Part shown: positions 13,196 through 26,526 of the stretch, piece after piece
Layout of the letters: every line of letters begins with the position of its first letter
How positions within the stretch are numbered: position 1 is the stretch's first letter
DNA from: Podospora anserina
Taxonomy: Eukaryota
Length of the DNA: 64,000 nt
NCBI GenBank assembly: GCA_017654855.1
Contig: JAFMPO010000001.1
Span: 496,001-560,000 of the forward strand
Direction of reading: 5' to 3'
Position numbers and translations under genes: made by a program
Notes under the pieces: generated by a model
The model's input: only the letters and a program-made list of their open reading frames with translations
Database searches by the model: none
What the model was told of the DNA's origin: nothing

Positions 13196-15055
13196 TCAAG
13201 CCTGCCAAATCCTCCCCATCCAATCTGGCTCGGTATGGCTAGCAGTTGCCACCCAAGGAACCTCGCCCGGTCCATATGGTTGCAGAGGCAGGTCATACGG
13301 CATCCTCAAAGCCACCTCGACGACCTCATCCTTCCCGTCATAATCTTCCTTTCCCTTGCCATCTCCATCACCACGAGTTTGTTCCGGAGGAGGGAGTGCA
13401 TCCTCCAGGAAAGCAGGCTTCATCACCGCATTCTCGCCATACAACCCCGGCCAGACCAACACTCCGATTTCGTAGGAAGAGATCCGGACGGTGTTCTCTT
13501 TTGCGGAGAGGGCCTCGCCCCAGGCTTGTTTGGAGAGGTTGGCTGACGTGAGCAGGGCCCAGTCGATGTGTATGTCTGTCTCGGATGACTCCGGGGTTGG
13601 GCGGTGGGAGCGGATATAAGTTTTGATGTGGGGGGCCGCGCGCTTGCGGCCGGAGTTTTTGACTTTGGAAGCGTTGATGGCTATGTTCGGGGAGGGGGCG
13701 TTAGCTGATGGTGAAAGAAGAGGGCGGGGGGGAAACATACGCAAACCAGACGCGGAGTCGTTGGCCCAGTGGTGGAACAATGGTTTCAGATACTGGAGCT
13801 GCTTGACTTGCTGAGGGGACTGGGTTTTGGTGTGAATCGAGCCGCCGGACATGTAACCGTCGAGAGATTTTCGGATCTCGTCTGGGGTGGGGAAGACGAC
13901 TTTGAAAGTGGTGGCGGGCGTGTTGCCGAGGGTGTGAAGGAAGGTGTTTTTCAACCAGGAGTCAGTTGGGCCCAAGGTGGCTATACTGGAGATCTGAATG
14001 GCAACTTCTGGTTTGTGTTCAATGGTGCTGTGAATGGGGACAGCGGCGAGAGCTGACTTCATGGCTGCCCAGCCAAAATTTGTGGAGGAGGTGGACTGAG
14101 TGACCGTGTGTCGGCCCGGAACACTAGATATTAGTGAGCCATTGATGGAGGAGAAGTCGTACTTCATGAGCTTGGTGGTGATGTCTTTGCAAGTTGGTCT
14201 TTTGGTGTCATAGGCTCGAAGATAGTTTAGAAAGTCCAGTTTAAACTTGGCTCCATTGCCTATTCTGGGCCGACCTTCGTCATGTTCGGGCTTCAGTAGA
14301 GGAAGTCTAGGAGAGAACCAGGCTCCTTGTGTCATGTTTGTCCAGTCTCTTGTGATGAGGTTGGCTGTATGTATGACGAGCTGGGCTGTATCGTCGTGTC
14401 TGAGAAGGATGAACATCTTGGAATGATGTGTACCGAACATTTCGGGAAGAAATGCTGCATGGAGGGTGACATTGTTGAAGCGAGCGGCAGATTCCTGCGA
14501 ATGTCAGATATGTGTAGTATGAGTATCTTGAGAAAAGGCATTGTAGTGGGACGAGATATTGTTCATGAAATTGTAATTTGTTATGATGATATACATATAC
14601 ACATTGGTGAGAACACGATGATGTATAATGAGGAGTAAACCTACTTGGAGCGCCAACCTATTCGGGTCCTCCCTCTTCCAGAACCCATGAACAACATGGA
14701 CTTTTACGAGACTTCGAACATCCTCATCAAAGGCTGACATGAGGAAGTCGATATCGTGGAGGTAGTTGAACTCCCAACATTCTGATATCAAAGGGTCCCC
14801 CAGGACATCCCGCAACGTATAGGTATCCTTGTTCAACCCCGCGGGAAGATCTTTGATCTTTGTTAACTGAAAAGGCGACCCAACAGACTTGAACGGCGGG
14901 TGGTATTTGGCTTCGGTGGGTGTGTCTGGTAGTCGCCGTTTCTTGAGTGGGGGGCTTATGGGATGTGTAAGTGACTGAGGAGCCGACCGTTGCTGATTAT
15001 CGTTTTGGCCATCTTCATCTCCATCGCTGACGCGCCTTTTCCTTGCCGATGCCAT
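13196..15055 (-). CDS. TDP1: Tyrosyl-DNA phosphodiesterase 1; intron 14495-14644
   Basis: Two HKN-type catalytic motifs (FGTHHSKM...HTANL; APHIKTY...TSANLSKQAWG), plus SYEIGVL and FNYLHDIDFLM. Confidence 0.93.
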
Positions 15056-15936
15056 GATGCGTGAGTCTTGCTGAGTCTGAAGTCAAAACTAGCCGGTTCA
15101 ACGATAGCTAATAACTGCCGATCAGAGATACGAGTTAATGTTGGAGATGGCGTTTAGGTTCGCAGGTGCCACCAGCCGTCAGCTCTGCAAGATTCGGCGG
15201 GCTTAGATAATTGGACCCGAAACTATTCAGACGAGAACGCCAGCAGAGAAAAAGCAGGGTCTATTCGGCTGCAAAGATTCATCGTCTATCCCAATGATGT
15301 TTTGATACTCTGTTTTGATGTCTTTCAACGGGGATGGCAGGTACATAATTCCACACAGTGCCGCAATATCGGGAGTGGGGATCTGTCTTTGAGGATCTGA
15401 CTGGGAAGTGGGTCACGGTGCCTTGGCATTTAGCGCTAAGCCGGCTAGCGTGCTGCCTTGAAATTGAGGCGGGCAAATCGACCTGGCCAGACGCCCCCTA
15501 GCAGGTACGTGTCGGAAATCTTTGGACGGGAGACTTGTTTCGCCTCCTGAATCCCCCATTGCCCAAACCCATCCCACATTCCACGAAGCCATTCACGACG
15601 ACGCTGCTACCGGAAGCATGCACTTTTTAGACCACAACCGGACCAAAATCTAGACTGTGCGACCCTTCGAGAACAGCTCAACACCTATCTGTACACTGGT
15701 ACCCCTTTCACACGAAACAGGGATCCCACTGCCGTTATCCCCGGAAGCTGTTGGATACCACTCCACGCAGCCCAGCAGCAGTGCTCCAAATGTCCAGGTA
15801 GACGGGCCCTCCAAACAGAGCTTCTACCGACGACACCGTCACCGGCGCCCCTTTTTTGCAGTTGATCTGCCGGTGCCAGGTGCCCAGTTCCCGATATCAG
15901 AGCGAGCGCGACTTACGCGATCGGGTTTAATTCACA

Positions 15937-18224
15937 ATGAGGCTACGCAACCTCTTTGTCTTCGGGGCGGCCGCGCTGGCGACCGCCTCACCACCATCAG
16001 CCGACACGGAGGAGGATATCACACGAGAAAACACATACTTCAATGGCAAGAAGGTTCCACCGATTTTGGAACTCACCCCGGCCAATTACAAGGAGGAATT
16101 AAAAAAGTCAAAGTTCCTGATGGTCAAACACTTCAGGTATTATGCCCGCCTCCTCTTCGGTTTTCTCCTGTCCTGATAAAAGCTGACTCCCGTAGCCCGT
16201 GGTGCGGACATTGCCAGGAATTTTTGCCGACCTTCCAGACGTTGTACGAGTATTACTACACATCGAAGCCAGTGGGCAAGGATGCCGACTTCACCGAGTT
16301 CTATGATTTCAGATTCGCTGAACTCAACTGCGTCGCGTACGCCGATTTATGTACTGAGAACAAGGTCGCCGCATGGCCAACAACTATTTTGTTTGAGGAT
16401 GGCGAGCCTTTGGTCACCTTTAGGGGCGTCAAGCACATTAGTGTTCTCAGTGGTGCTGTCGAAGATGCGCTCGAGAAGGTGAAGCCCAACACCAGGCCCA
16501 AAACCCTCGAGCTCCCCGAACCTGGCGACAAGACATCCCCTGATTCCAAGGCCGAAACCGAGAAGACCGAGAAGGCAGATGCCAGGGAAAAGGGGTCTGA
16601 AAAAGAGCTGGTCAAGGAAACTGAGAAGGAGAAGGAGACCGAAACCTCCACCGCCGCCAGCGCCGATGCTTCAACGGAAGGGGAAGCGACACCAAAGAAG
16701 ACCTACACTGTCAACTACAATACCCCTTCGCAGAAGGTCACCCCTAAGCCGTCGAACCCCAACCCCAAGGGTCTCTCCGTTCCTCTGACTTGGGAATTGT
16801 TCCAAAGCATGGTTACCCTCACCCAGGAGCCTTGGTTTGTCAAGTTTTATGCACCATGGTGTCACCACTGCCAGGCTATGGCCCCGAATTGGGAGCAGTT
16901 GGCCAAGGAAATGAAGGGCAGGCTCAACATTGGTGAGGTCAACTGCGACCGCGACACTAGGCTTTGCAAGGAACTCCGCGTCCGTGGCTATCCTTCCATC
17001 ATGTTCTTCAAGGGCGGTGAGAAGGTCGAGTACGAGGGCCTTCGCGGGCTGGGCGACTTTGTCCAGTATGCTGAAAAGGCCATTGATCTCTCCAGCGGGG
17101 TTCCGGATGTCGATTTCGACTCTTTCAAGGCTCTCGAAGAGAAGGAGGAGGTCATTTTCCTCTACTTCTACGATCATGCTACCACCAGCGAAGACTTCCT
17201 TTCGTTGGAGCGTTATCCTCTCAGCCTTATTGGCAAAGCCAAGTTGGTCAAGACCCGGGATCCCAAGTTGTATGATCGATACAAGATTACCACTTGGCCA
17301 CGTCTGATTGTTTCGCGCGAGGGCCGCCCGACTTACTACACTCCTCTCGCGCCTAGGGAAATGAGGGATACCAGAATGGTTCTCAACTGGATGAAGTCCG
17401 TCTGGCTCCCCCTTGTTCCCGAGCTTACCCCGTCCAACGCCCGCGACATCATGGACGGCAAGATCGTTGTTCTGGGGGTTCTAAACAGAGAGAATGAGGA
17501 TTCTTTCCGTGGCGCTATCCGTGAGATGAAGAGTGCGGCCAACGAGTGGATGGATAAGCAGATTCAGCTCTTCCAGATCCATCGCCAGGACCTTCGTGAC
17601 GCCAAGCAGCTCCGCATCGAGGAGGCCGAGGATCGTGGTGACCAGCGGGCTCTGCGCAACGCCAAGAACATTCGCATCAACATGGACAGGTCGGACATGA
17701 AAGAGGCTACCTTTGCCTGGGTTGACGGCAACTTCTGGCAGCGGTGGATTCGCACCACTTATGGCATTGATGCCAAGGACGGTGACCGTGTTATCATCAA
17801 CGATGAAGATGTAAGTTCTCTCATTAGTGATTCATGTCGAGGTGACCTTGACTAACGAGTTGCGATATAGAAACGCCGGTATTGGGACCAAACTAGCACT
17901 GGAAACCCCATTGTTCCCTCGCGCACATCCATCCTTGAAACCCTCAACAAGGTCACAGTCAACCCACCAAAGCTCAAGCCGAAGCTTACCATTGGTGTGA
18001 TTGAGAAGATGTTCTTCGATATCAAGATGACCTTCAAGGAGCATCCCTATCTCAGCATGGGCTGCATCCTTGGCATCGCTTTTGGTCTCTTCCAGTGGCT
18101 CATGGGAAGAACCACAAGAAGAGCCCGCAGTCACTTTAAGCTCGAGGAGGGCGTTGGAATGAAGGAATCGAAGCCCTCCACGTTGTTTGGCGGATCAAGC
18201 AACACTGCCACCAAAGCGGACTAG
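15937..18224 (+). CDS. Membrane-anchored thioredoxin-domain PDI-family protein (Eps1-like); introns 16137-16195, 17811-17870
   Basis: Signal peptide, WCGHC and WCHHC thioredoxin sites, a C-terminal TM helix (LSMGCILGIAFGLFQWLM) and a tail ending KAD. Confidence 0.9.
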
Positions 18225-19308
18225 ATTTGATTGTGGATGATTAACGACCACCCACCTTTTTTCATTATGGGGTGGTGTCTGGATTTTTTTGGGAAAGCAA
18301 AAAGGGAAAGCGAACGATCATCATGCCTGTCTGTCTTGTGTTTGTCTTGGTTTGTGCTCTTGCTTGGTAGTATGCGGTATAAAGTTAGGTTCTGTATAAA
18401 TACACCAGGGGCCCGAACGGTAACAATACCGAAAGGAAGGATACCGAATCGGTTGGTGGGGCTAGGACCGGAAGGGAACGGGGGTCTACGGAGGGGTTAT
18501 TGCATATTAATCAGTGTTTATCTTCCTGGCTCATGGGAGCGTGTTTATCTTCTTGCTTCTTGTTTTTCCTTCCCTCATTGTGTGGTTTACTCGAGACTTT
18601 TGTTTGTTGAATGAGACGGGGAAAGAGGCTTCGTCCGGATTATGGCTGGATGGATGCGGCATTGTAGATATGGAGTTTCTGAATTCATCTGGGGTTACAT
18701 CACCTATGGAACCACTCTGGTGATATTTCCCAAAACTTGTCAAAGCCTTGCGGTTAATGGCATTGCGTTTCGTGTGATTGTCACCATGGCGAGCTGAATT
18801 ATTGAGCCGAAGACTCCGTGTGAGACTGGACATTGCAGTACATTCATAGGCATCAGCAGGCTCGACATAAGTTGTGCCCAGCGAACCCTCTCACGCGATT
18901 GGAGAGGGCACTCTCAGGATAAATGAGGGTGTGCATTCCCGAGTCTCGTGGCGATAGATACATCAAAAGAGATTGCTCGCCCAGTCTTGCCAAACCATGA
19001 AAAGTGTGAAAACAACCAAGGAAAACGGACTTTGCAGTCATTGCCTATCTTTCTTTGACACCACCCGCTGCCTTTTACGAATAATGGAACACTGGAAAAG
19101 AAAATGAAACTTCTGGTTTGAAACGAAACGTGCTGAAAACCTGGAATCCCACAGTTTTTTGGAGGGTGACCTCCGTGGTGGTACCTCGTACCGTCTCTAC
19201 TGGCCCCTTCAAACCCAAGCTCCCTCAACAGCCGTAGACGATCCGCTAACCAGCCCGACCTTGCTTCGTTCAACTCCTACTCCTGAGCCCTGGCGCCGTA
19301 CAAGCCTC

Positions 19309-20040
19309 TTAGGCACCCGCAGTCGTCCGGCTTTGCTGGGTCTGGAGTAAAATCTCCTTATAGAAGAGGGTAACCCCCCTCTTCGTGGCCGCATCAACGC
19401 TGGTCCTGCTAAAGTTTGGAATTTTGCCCACCTCGACGTAGCCGCAGCTCTTGAATGCCAGCTCGGAGGCGGAATCTGTCTCTGTTTTCGCCGTCTTTTG
19501 TCGGCGTGTAGCCAGATTCGTTAGCATACCTTCATATCCTTTCTTCTCTCCACAAAAAAAAAAAAAAAAACCAAAAACAGTAACAAAGTCTGTGAAGAAA
19601 GTAGGGTAGGTACTCACCAACAGCGACCTCCCCTTCCTCGCGCTCTCATACTCGCACGCTTGAATCAAACTCCTCCCCCCTCCTTGCCTCCTGAACTTTT
19701 GGCCAACAATCAGCAGGTCGATGACACCTCGGAAATCACCAGCTTGCGACTGATCAAGCTCGACCATGGCTATCCCGCGGAGGTCCTCGCCCTTTGGCTT
19801 CTGGTTTGCATTCTCGGACGGAGGCAGCAGCAGGATGATGATGCGGGTCCGGGCTTGATGCTCTGCTATCCGGTCTTTCCACCAGATCAGGAGGCGTTCG
19901 AGGGACAGGGGAGGTAAAAAGGGGCCGATGGCGGTGGTGCGGTCGATGTTGATGCCTGAGGCGTAGATGGCGGCCATGTAAGGAATTAGGTGAGCGTGGT
20001 GCTCGGGGTGGAAGACGGATGTCTGAGATGGGGACGTCAT
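19309..20040 (-). CDS. GNAT-family acetyltransferase; intron 19495-19617
   Basis: Acetyl-CoA motif LIVGQKFRRQGGG and SELAFKSCGYVEVGKIPNF. Intron reads GTGAGT...GCTAAC...AAAG. Confidence 0.85.
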   Translation of the reverse strand: MTSPSQTSVFHPEHHAHLIPYMAAIYASGINIDRTTAIGPFLPPLSLERLLIWWKDRIAEHQARTRIIILLLPPSENANQKPKGEDLRGIAMVELDQSQAGDFRGVIDLLIVGQKFRRQGGGRSLIQACEYESARKGRSLLVSTYPTFFTDFVTVFGFFFFFCGEKKGYEGMLTNLATRRQKTAKTETDSASELAFKSCGYVEVGKIPNFSRTSVDAATKRGVTLFYKEILLQTQQSRTTAGA

Positions 20041-22180
20041 GGTGACAGATTTTGTATATGATTCAAACTGATGCGGCTTGTAGTTGACCTGTAAACTCTG
20101 TTTCGGTGTGTGGCTGTTATGGTGCTTGCATCTCGGGCTATGGTGGTGTTGTCAGAGTCATAGGGGAAGCACAAGTGAAAGTGATGTCCAGAGAACTCGT
20201 GAGATATTTACTGATGCTGTGGGTCAGGTTAACCAGGGGGGAGCACTTAAGGTGACAATAAAGGTAAGAAAAGAACATTTAAATATCTCAGAGAACAAGC
20301 ATGCTGAGATGGGCAAGAACAGTCGAGGTATAAAACATTGCTTCTTCCTGGGAGAAGATGGGGGGGAGGGGGGTGTGATAGGGAGGGGAGGGTGGGGGGC
20401 ATCACTGCTTCTTGAACCATGGCTCAACAGACGGGAAAGCGAGAGGTAAACGACGAACCTTGGGGGGGCAGTATTTGGTCGTGTGCACTCGCAAATCTGG
20501 ATTCACAGGCCATCAAGCTTCACCGGTCCTTCGTGATAGGGACGGGATGTTGGGAGCAGGCGGGAAAGGTTCTTTGCATCTGCATATGCGTATGCATGCA
20601 GATGTATAGTATTGTTCTGTTGAGATGCGGTTAAGTGGCTTGTCCGTCATCGGGGAATGGGAAGCTGCTCCCCCTTGCTGCCAGGGACACAGCACCATCT
20701 ACACACCATTCCCACACTTGCCAGCCCAAGATATGGAAGGTCCCGTCACAATGCTGCAGAAAAAAAAAACCTAAGAAACAGGGACAGCCAGGGGTTCCCG
20801 CTTGGTTTAAGGCTGAATTAGGACCTTGTTCCCAGTTCGCAGTGGCTGCCACATCCACGTTAGTGCGGGGGTTCTCTTCAGCAAACAGGGTCTCTTATCA
20901 TGATTTCTTCGAGTCCCATTCTGGATTTCTCTCCTGCTGCGAGGATCCGAATGTTTTCCTCTCACCGAATTGCAACACCTTAACAAAAACGGTCTTCCAC
21001 AACCGATGCTTGTGTGACAGGTGAGGTTGTTGATGCAGATCATTCCGGGCCTGGCATCGGCGGCCACTTAGCCCGCGGGTGCGTGGGCTTCCTTCGGCAA
21101 GACGCGCGCAGCGACCTCGGGCCCTTTGCTTACCGACATGACGCCCACTACGACTTACCAGCCACTGGACCGCCAATACAACCTCACCACGCTCACTCCC
21201 TACGGGTTCTTTGACCAGGAGCATGGATTTCAGGAGGCATGGAAAGTGTGGCACTTGACCGCTGTCATGATCATTCTTTCACGCTTCCCGTTGCACAATC
21301 ACAGTCACGGCCCCGATGAGAATGCTGTGCTGGGTTGAACATCGGGCAATGCCGGCTTTACTTCACGACGTCAACTCTCTGATGTACGCTTAACCGTCGT
21401 CACATGCGGTCCCACCACGACAACTTCATGCTATTGCTTGGTACGGAGTAGATCAAATTCACCGTCCCAATACCCGCCACACAGCCGCAGAATGCAAGTC
21501 AGGATCAGTGAGTGGGCTTGCGGATGGGGATTCCCGCTTCCGGACCGGTCTTCAGCCCTATCAGACTGGCAGTTGCTGTCGCATCTGCTTCATGCTCGAT
21601 CAGATGGGCCGTTCCCGTCAGCGTAGCGAATGGCCTCCCGTCGTTGCAAGACCACTGTTGACTCCGAGTACGACGGCTTTCCCATTGGCAGCCCGGCAGC
21701 CCGGCATCTCGGCGGACGGCGACACAGTCAGCTTGATCCTACCTGCGATACCATTGGGACTTCTCGCAGCTCTAATGGGGCCAAGAAGGCGGCTGGTGAT
21801 AACACCATATCGATTACTGTGCTGATGAGGGGCATCCTTGCCTCAGCTCAGCTGGCCATTGACATGCGCAGTCTTGGAGACTGGATACCATTTTTCTTGC
21901 CGTTTCTAGTTTCGGATTGCATTGCTTGGGAATATTAGGTGCAGATTCCGTCGTCTTATCCACTTTCTGGTTTTATCGTACGGTATTTTCTCCCGTCTTT
22001 TTCTTCCTCACTCTGCTGTCCTCGTGCGGTCGTCGTCGGCTGCCTCCCGTTCTGCTACGTTGAAATAGTTCCCGTTCGGCCCCGCCCCCGCCCCCGCAAC
22101 ACCAACACAACATCAACGCACGCTGTTGATCATTACTGTGAACCGCCTGTCGACAGCTCGTCACTAGCCCTTTTGGCACC

Positions 22181-25100
22181 ATGGTTATCCACTCCCTCCT
22201 TCGCAAGGCCAAGCAGGGGCTCAATGACATTTTGCCCGGAGAGGACAAGCATTCGCACACGCACGAGGGTTACCAATGTCGTGAGAGCGAGTGTGCAGAA
22301 TTCAGCGAGAACCGCCATTGCTCGTTTGCCCCTCGGTCGAGAGGGAATGCGAAGTGGTATGTGGATGGCGCAACCTACTTTTGGGCCATCTCCATGGCTA
22401 TTGAAGGTTCATAACACCCCCATGTCTCATCAGTCACACTCAAGACATCCGCTAATCCGATCCAGAGGCCCGAGAGTCCATCTACATTCTCGATTGGTGG
22501 CTGAGGTAATGCCGACCCGTCCTCACCGTCCCAGAAGGAATCTTGTTTGGGTCTTGTGACAACCAGCTGACCGCTTCGTATTTGCACATCACAGCCCCGA
22601 ACTGTACCTGCGCCGACCCCCGGCCCAGAATGAGAAATACCGCCTGGACAGACTGCTCAAAGCCGCTGCTGAGCGAGGGGTGAGGGTCTATGTACTCGTC
22701 TACAAGGAGGTCGAGGCTGCTTTGACTCGTGAGTTCATCTTGACACGGACACGCAGGGGTATCCATACTCATCACTGTCATAGTAAACTCGGCTGTAAGA
22801 GACAATGCTTACCCGTTGACGCTAAACCTGACTTGATCAGAAACTGAAACCGTGACAGCACACCAAGAATCATCTTCAGGGACTCCATCCCAACATCAAA
22901 GTGTTCAGATATCCCGACCATCATCCAGCCAAGAATGTTGTCTCGGGCCTCCAAGACCTCCACACAAGTCTCGTGAGCCTCGATCTCAAGAACTTCAACC
23001 TTGCCAAAGCATCACAGAGCGCTGTTGAGGGTCTGTATGGTACCGCCGATGATGTGGTTCTTTTCTGGGCACACCATGAAAAGCTCTGTCTCGTTGACGG
23101 CAGGGTGGCTTTCATGGGTGGCTTAGATATGTGTAAGTCCCAGTGGTAACTGCAAGACCTGAATATCTGCTAACAACATGTCAAGGCTTTGGTAGATACG
23201 ACACGAACAGTAAGTCTCGTGTGTATAAATAGTCCAAGGACATCAGCTCACCATAATAGGCCATCCCATTGCCGACGCGCACCCAGGTAATCTGGACAAC
23301 ATCATTTTCCCGGGACAAGATTTCAACAATGCGAGAGTGTATGATTTTGAGGAGGTCAACAAATGGGAAAACAACAAGCGTAAGTGGAAGCAACACTTGC
23401 CATTCAGTTGGTTGATACTGACAATTCTAGTCGACCGGACTAAGGCATCGAGAATGGGGTGGGCCGACGTTGCTATCAGCTTGTCTGGGCCGATTGTGGA
23501 CAGCTTGGCCACGCATTTCTGTGAACGATGGTTCGTTGCAGCCTCCCGCGTGTTGCCCGGTGTACTAACCCAAAGCTAGGAACTACATCTTTGACAAGAA
23601 ATACTCCGGTCGTACTAACTTGAAGGTCCACCGTCTCACGGCCCCTGGAGTTCAAAAACACTCCGATTATGGCGCCCATGCCTTGATGGATCAAGGAGAG
23701 GAGCTCCTGGGCGGCGTTCAGTCCAAGATCACTTCCAAGCTGGGCAAATTCTGGGGAGGAGGCGGAGAAGAGGCCGGTGTTTCTCAGGTCCAGGCGCCGC
23801 CTCATCCTCCTGTCTGCAATGCCAATGAGCACGGCATCGCCAACATCCAATTGGCGAGAAGTGTCTCGAAGTGGTCGCTTGGTGTGAGAACCGAGCATTC
23901 TATCGCCAACGCCTACATTGACGCCATCACGAACGCTAAGCACTTTGTGTACATTGAGAATCAGGTACTGGTCTTGTTTATTGTTCAGGGCTATATCGGG
24001 CGCTAACCTCTCGGTAGTTCTTCATCACAGCCACCTCCAACAAGCAGAGACCGGTTCGCAACAAGATCGGCAAAGCCATCGTCGATCGTGTCTTGCGTGC
24101 TCACATAAACAATGAAGACTTCCAGATCATTATCATGATGCCTGCGGTTCCTGCCTTTGCTGGCGATCTCAAGTCTGAAGGTGCCCTTGGCACCCGCGCG
24201 ATTATGGAGTTCCAGTACAACAGCATCAACCGCGGCGGCAGCAGTATCATCGAGACACTCAGAAGGGAAGGCGTCCATGACCCTTACAGGTACATCAACT
24301 GGTACAATCTCCGCAACTATGACCGCATCAACAGAAGTCAGATCATGACCCGTGCCGAACGCGAGAGCGGGGTCAGCTACGAAGCTGCCCATCGCGATTT
24401 TGAGGACCGGTACAACTCCTCAAACTCTGGCGGGAACAATAGCTACTACCGTCGCTACCAAGCGACCGCGACTTCCCTGACCGACCAGAGCTGGGACACC
24501 GTCTCGCCCTGCTACATGGAGAGCGGCCTGTCCATCCTCGGCGTTCCATGGACTGGTAGCCCCGAGGATGAGCTCGATGCCTTTGTCTCTGAGCAGCTTT
24601 ACATCCACACCAAGGTCCTCATCGCTGACGACCAGCTGGTCATCTGCGGTTCTGCCAACCTCAACGACCGCTCTCAGCTCGGCGACCACGACTCCGAAAT
24701 TGCCGTCATCATCGAGGACCCGACGCCGATCAGAACTTATATGAATGGCCGCCCGTACACAGCTTCCCAGTTTGCCACCTCCCTCCGCCGCTTCCTCTAC
24801 CGCAAGCACCTCGGTCTCGTTCCCCACCAGCATCCCGACCGTCCTGACATCAACTGGACGCCTGTCACCCACGACGCGGTCAATCATTACGACTGGGACT
24901 CCCCTTCGGACCGCCTCGTCGCTGACCCTCTTTCGCCCGACTTCATCAACTTGTGGCGTGGCACCGCCCGCCGCAACACCGAAATCTTCAGCAGGGCCTT
25001 CCACCCTGTCCCCAACGACAAGGTCAGGACTTGGGAGGATTACGACAACTTCTTCTCCAAGCACTTTGTCATCCCCGGTGAGCCGGCCGAGCAGGCAGAG

Positions 25101-25301
25101 GAAGGGTACAAGAACGGCAAGGTCGACTACGGGCACGTTGTCAGGGAGAACTTTCCCGGTGGTGTGGGTGAGCTAAAGATGTGGCTCAGCGGCATCAGGG
25201 GCAACCTTGTGGAGATGCCGCTCAACTTCTTGATTGACGTCCCTGACATCGCGGAGGATGGGCTGGCGCTGAACAGCTTGACGGATGAGCTTTATACCTG
25301 A
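22181..25301 (+). CDS. Phospholipase D without PX/PH domains; 9 introns (22407-22465, 22506-22594, 22729-22783, 22795-22858, 23133-23185, 23210-23259, 23380-23430, 23531-23579, 23965-24017)
   Basis: [26 protein letters not shown]1 (HHEKLCLVD), YIENQFF and HKD2 ([11 protein letters not shown]...GSANLNDRS). All junctions keep frame. Confidence 0.93.
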
Positions 25302-26526
25302 TGATACCTTAGGTGGCTTGGATAGAATGGTCTGATTTGGTGCTGGCTAGCTGGTCAGTTGTCGTGAAGCAATACATGTTCTTTCTCGTTCTCTACCCTC
25401 TTCGTTCTTGTGGCATCAGTCTTGTGGCTATGCCTCCAGTAAAATGTCGCCAACACGGAAGCATAGTCTCCCCGCCGTGGAAAAATGATTCGCCTTCAAC
25501 ATCAAGAAAGGTGTCGAGTCCAATTCGTACTGAACAGACCAACCAAGACTGTCGGGGGCAGCACCTTCCAACGCTCCCTCTCTATCCTAGCATTTTTGCT
25601 GCGCCGGGAGAGACAGACAAGCAGGTGGCCACGCTGGTAGAGAGGTCCGGCTTCGAGTCTCGGCGCCCAATTCTTTTTCGGAGCTGGTCTTTGACCTACT
25701 TTAACCCTATATTTTTGTTTAGCCAATACACACATGAACATCTTCTCCGAAGCCACGCAAAGAACAGCACCTCATTTCCCAAAGCCAAAACATGCTATAT
25801 AAATCTAACCCCCCTGTTCACTGAAGAGGTATATCTATTCGACCCAAACAAGACCGACAATCTGAATACAAGACACCAAACTCTCGCTGATCATCAAACC
25901 TCTTACACATACCCCTCCCTACCCCCTAGGACACAATACCTCCCCAAAAACACCCAAAACGACCCAGGCAAACCACCCTCTACACAGTTCGTGATCTCAC
26001 CCTCGTCTTTTGCTTCCGCGGTGGCGCTCCCGGCACCGGCAGATCCGGCTAATTCGGCAACGTGAAGGCCGGGTTTACCGACATGTTAAAGTTCGCAGCT
26101 GCGGGTGCGGGTGCTTGCCAATAAGTAGCTATGGCATTTTGGAACGCCGTTGGCGTCAATACTATTATGATTGAGGTGTCAGAACTTGGGGCCGCATGAA
26201 CCTGAGTATTCACTGGCGTCGTTGTTGTAGCTGGGGGAGTCCTCCTCTCAGCCGGAGCTGTGGTGTGATGGAATCACATGCCAAAGAGCCATTCCCAACA
26301 AAAGCTAAAAGATGGTGAGGAATATCAAGAGAGAGGAGAGGCGGGCGAGGGGCAATCTGAGGGCACGAAAAAGAATGTGAAGCATGTTTGCGTGAAATAG
26401 TTGAGTGACAGGGTGCGCAGCTCGGTGATGAACTCGTTGAAGGGTATGAATAGATTTCCAATGATTAGATGACAGCTCTTTGGCGCCAATGTTATACCTC
26501 TCGCGATATAATCGGCGGCGGTGCAT

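Noticed and set aside
15657-15936. Apparent N-terminal extension of the PDI ORF from a GTG
   Set aside because: ORF-caller artefact. The ATG at 15937 gives a signal peptide and splices in frame to WCGHC.
13196-25301. Two PLD-superfamily genes (TDP1 and PLD) and several lipid genes nearby, read as a cluster
   Set aside because: Functions are unrelated, housekeeping genes are interspersed, and no shared regulatory signal was seen.
25313-26280. 250-codon plus-strand ORF after PLD, and a minus-strand stretch interrupted by TAG
   Set aside because: The plus ORF starts at GTG, composition is UTR-like, there are no motifs, and the minus stretch is not in frame with the ACBP extension.
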